Source: a virus | Lineage: Duplodnaviria; Heunggongvirae; Uroviricota; Caudoviricetes | Virus record (IMG/VR): IMGVR_UViG_2734482782_000004 | Direction: 5' to 3' (one strand) | Length of the DNA stretch: 35,056 nt | Part shown: positions 34,739-35,056 of the stretch, one piece after another | How the letters are laid out: each line of letters begins with the position of its first letter | Position numbering within the stretch: the stretch's first letter is position 1 | Translations under genes and position numbers: made by a program | Notes under the pieces: generated by a model | Databases searched by the model: none | Told to the model about the DNA's origin: nothing | What the model saw: the letters and a program-made list of their open reading frames with translations, nothing else

Positions 34739-35056
34739 TCACTCTCCACATTTGAATGTCAGACGAGCGACGCCATGTAATCCTGCACCTTCTGTCTTCA
34801 GGTCAACTATCTGCATTTTTTTGCCCTGAGTAACACAGAAATGGGCTGCATCATTTTTTACTATATTTTCTGCACCAGATATTCTGCCCCTGGCTAAAGA
34901 AGCTTCGGCTTCGGTGTAGTATTGGTTATCGAGTTTACGCTGAATATTACTTTTATATGCAAGACCAAATTTACCGATACTTGTCTCATCATTATGCACA
35001 GCACAACCAGACATAATAAAAATACTAATTAATGATATAGCAGCTATCTTTTTCAT
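34739..35056 (-). CDS. yegR: Putative lipoprotein YegR (host gene, right flank)
   Basis: 105-aa ORF with signal peptide and lipobox (IFIMSGC); recognisable as E. coli YegR; start codon at the window edge. Confidence 0.75.
   Translation of the reverse strand: MKKIAAISLISIFIMSGCAVHNDETSIGKFGLAYKSNIQRKLDNQYYTEAEASLARGRISGAENIVKNDAAHFCVTQGKKMQIVDLKTEGAGLHGVARLTFKCGE

Noticed and set aside
1-35056. CRISPR array, tRNA genes, IS elements or transposases
   Set aside because: No regularly spaced short direct repeats, no tRNA-like cloverleaf next to the att sites (the integration target is the cyaR sRNA 3' end, not a tRNA), and no transposase-sized ORF with terminal inverted repeats.

Overview
The window is an essentially complete P2-like (Peduovirus-type) temperate prophage of about 33.1 kb (1507..34580), integrated into the 3' end of the cyaR (ryeE) sRNA gene between host genes yegQ (1..1362) and yegR (34739..35056) of an E. 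coli-like chromosome. It is bounded by a 27-bp direct repeat, aatctcccttacacgggcttatttttt, that matches the P2 attachment core as I recall it. Gene order and protein lengths follow P2 throughout: ogr-D-U-T-E/E'-FII-FI | cargo | G-H-I-J-W-V | cargo | S-R-lysC/lysB-lysA-K-Y-X-L-M-N-O, then divergent P-Q, cos, a short cargo region, A, four small ORFs, B, cox, C, int, attR. All assignments rest on synteny, length and motifs read by eye; no homology search was possible. Three AT-rich accessory loci interrupt the backbone at the classical P2 moron positions. (1) The Z/fun position (8238..11899) carries three unrecognised genes, each with its own signals: a 250-aa protein with an N-terminal HNH-like nuclease motif, a 261-aa protein, and a 227-aa N-terminally membrane-anchored protein; a 31-bp imperfect direct repeat marks the cassette boundaries. 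(2) The S-V junction (P2 orf30 position, 17101..18362) carries a 357-aa two-TM protein on the opposite strand. (3) The cos-A region (P2 tin/old position, 27732..28625) lacks tin/old-sized genes and has only a 37-aa hydrophobic peptide ORF with a strong Shine-Dalgarno, flanked by 15-bp direct repeats and preceded by a long hairpin with T-tract. The Z/fun cargo is the best candidate for an undescribed anti-phage defence system, but novelty cannot be established from sequence alone. No CRISPR array, tRNA, rRNA, IS element or reverse transcriptase was seen.
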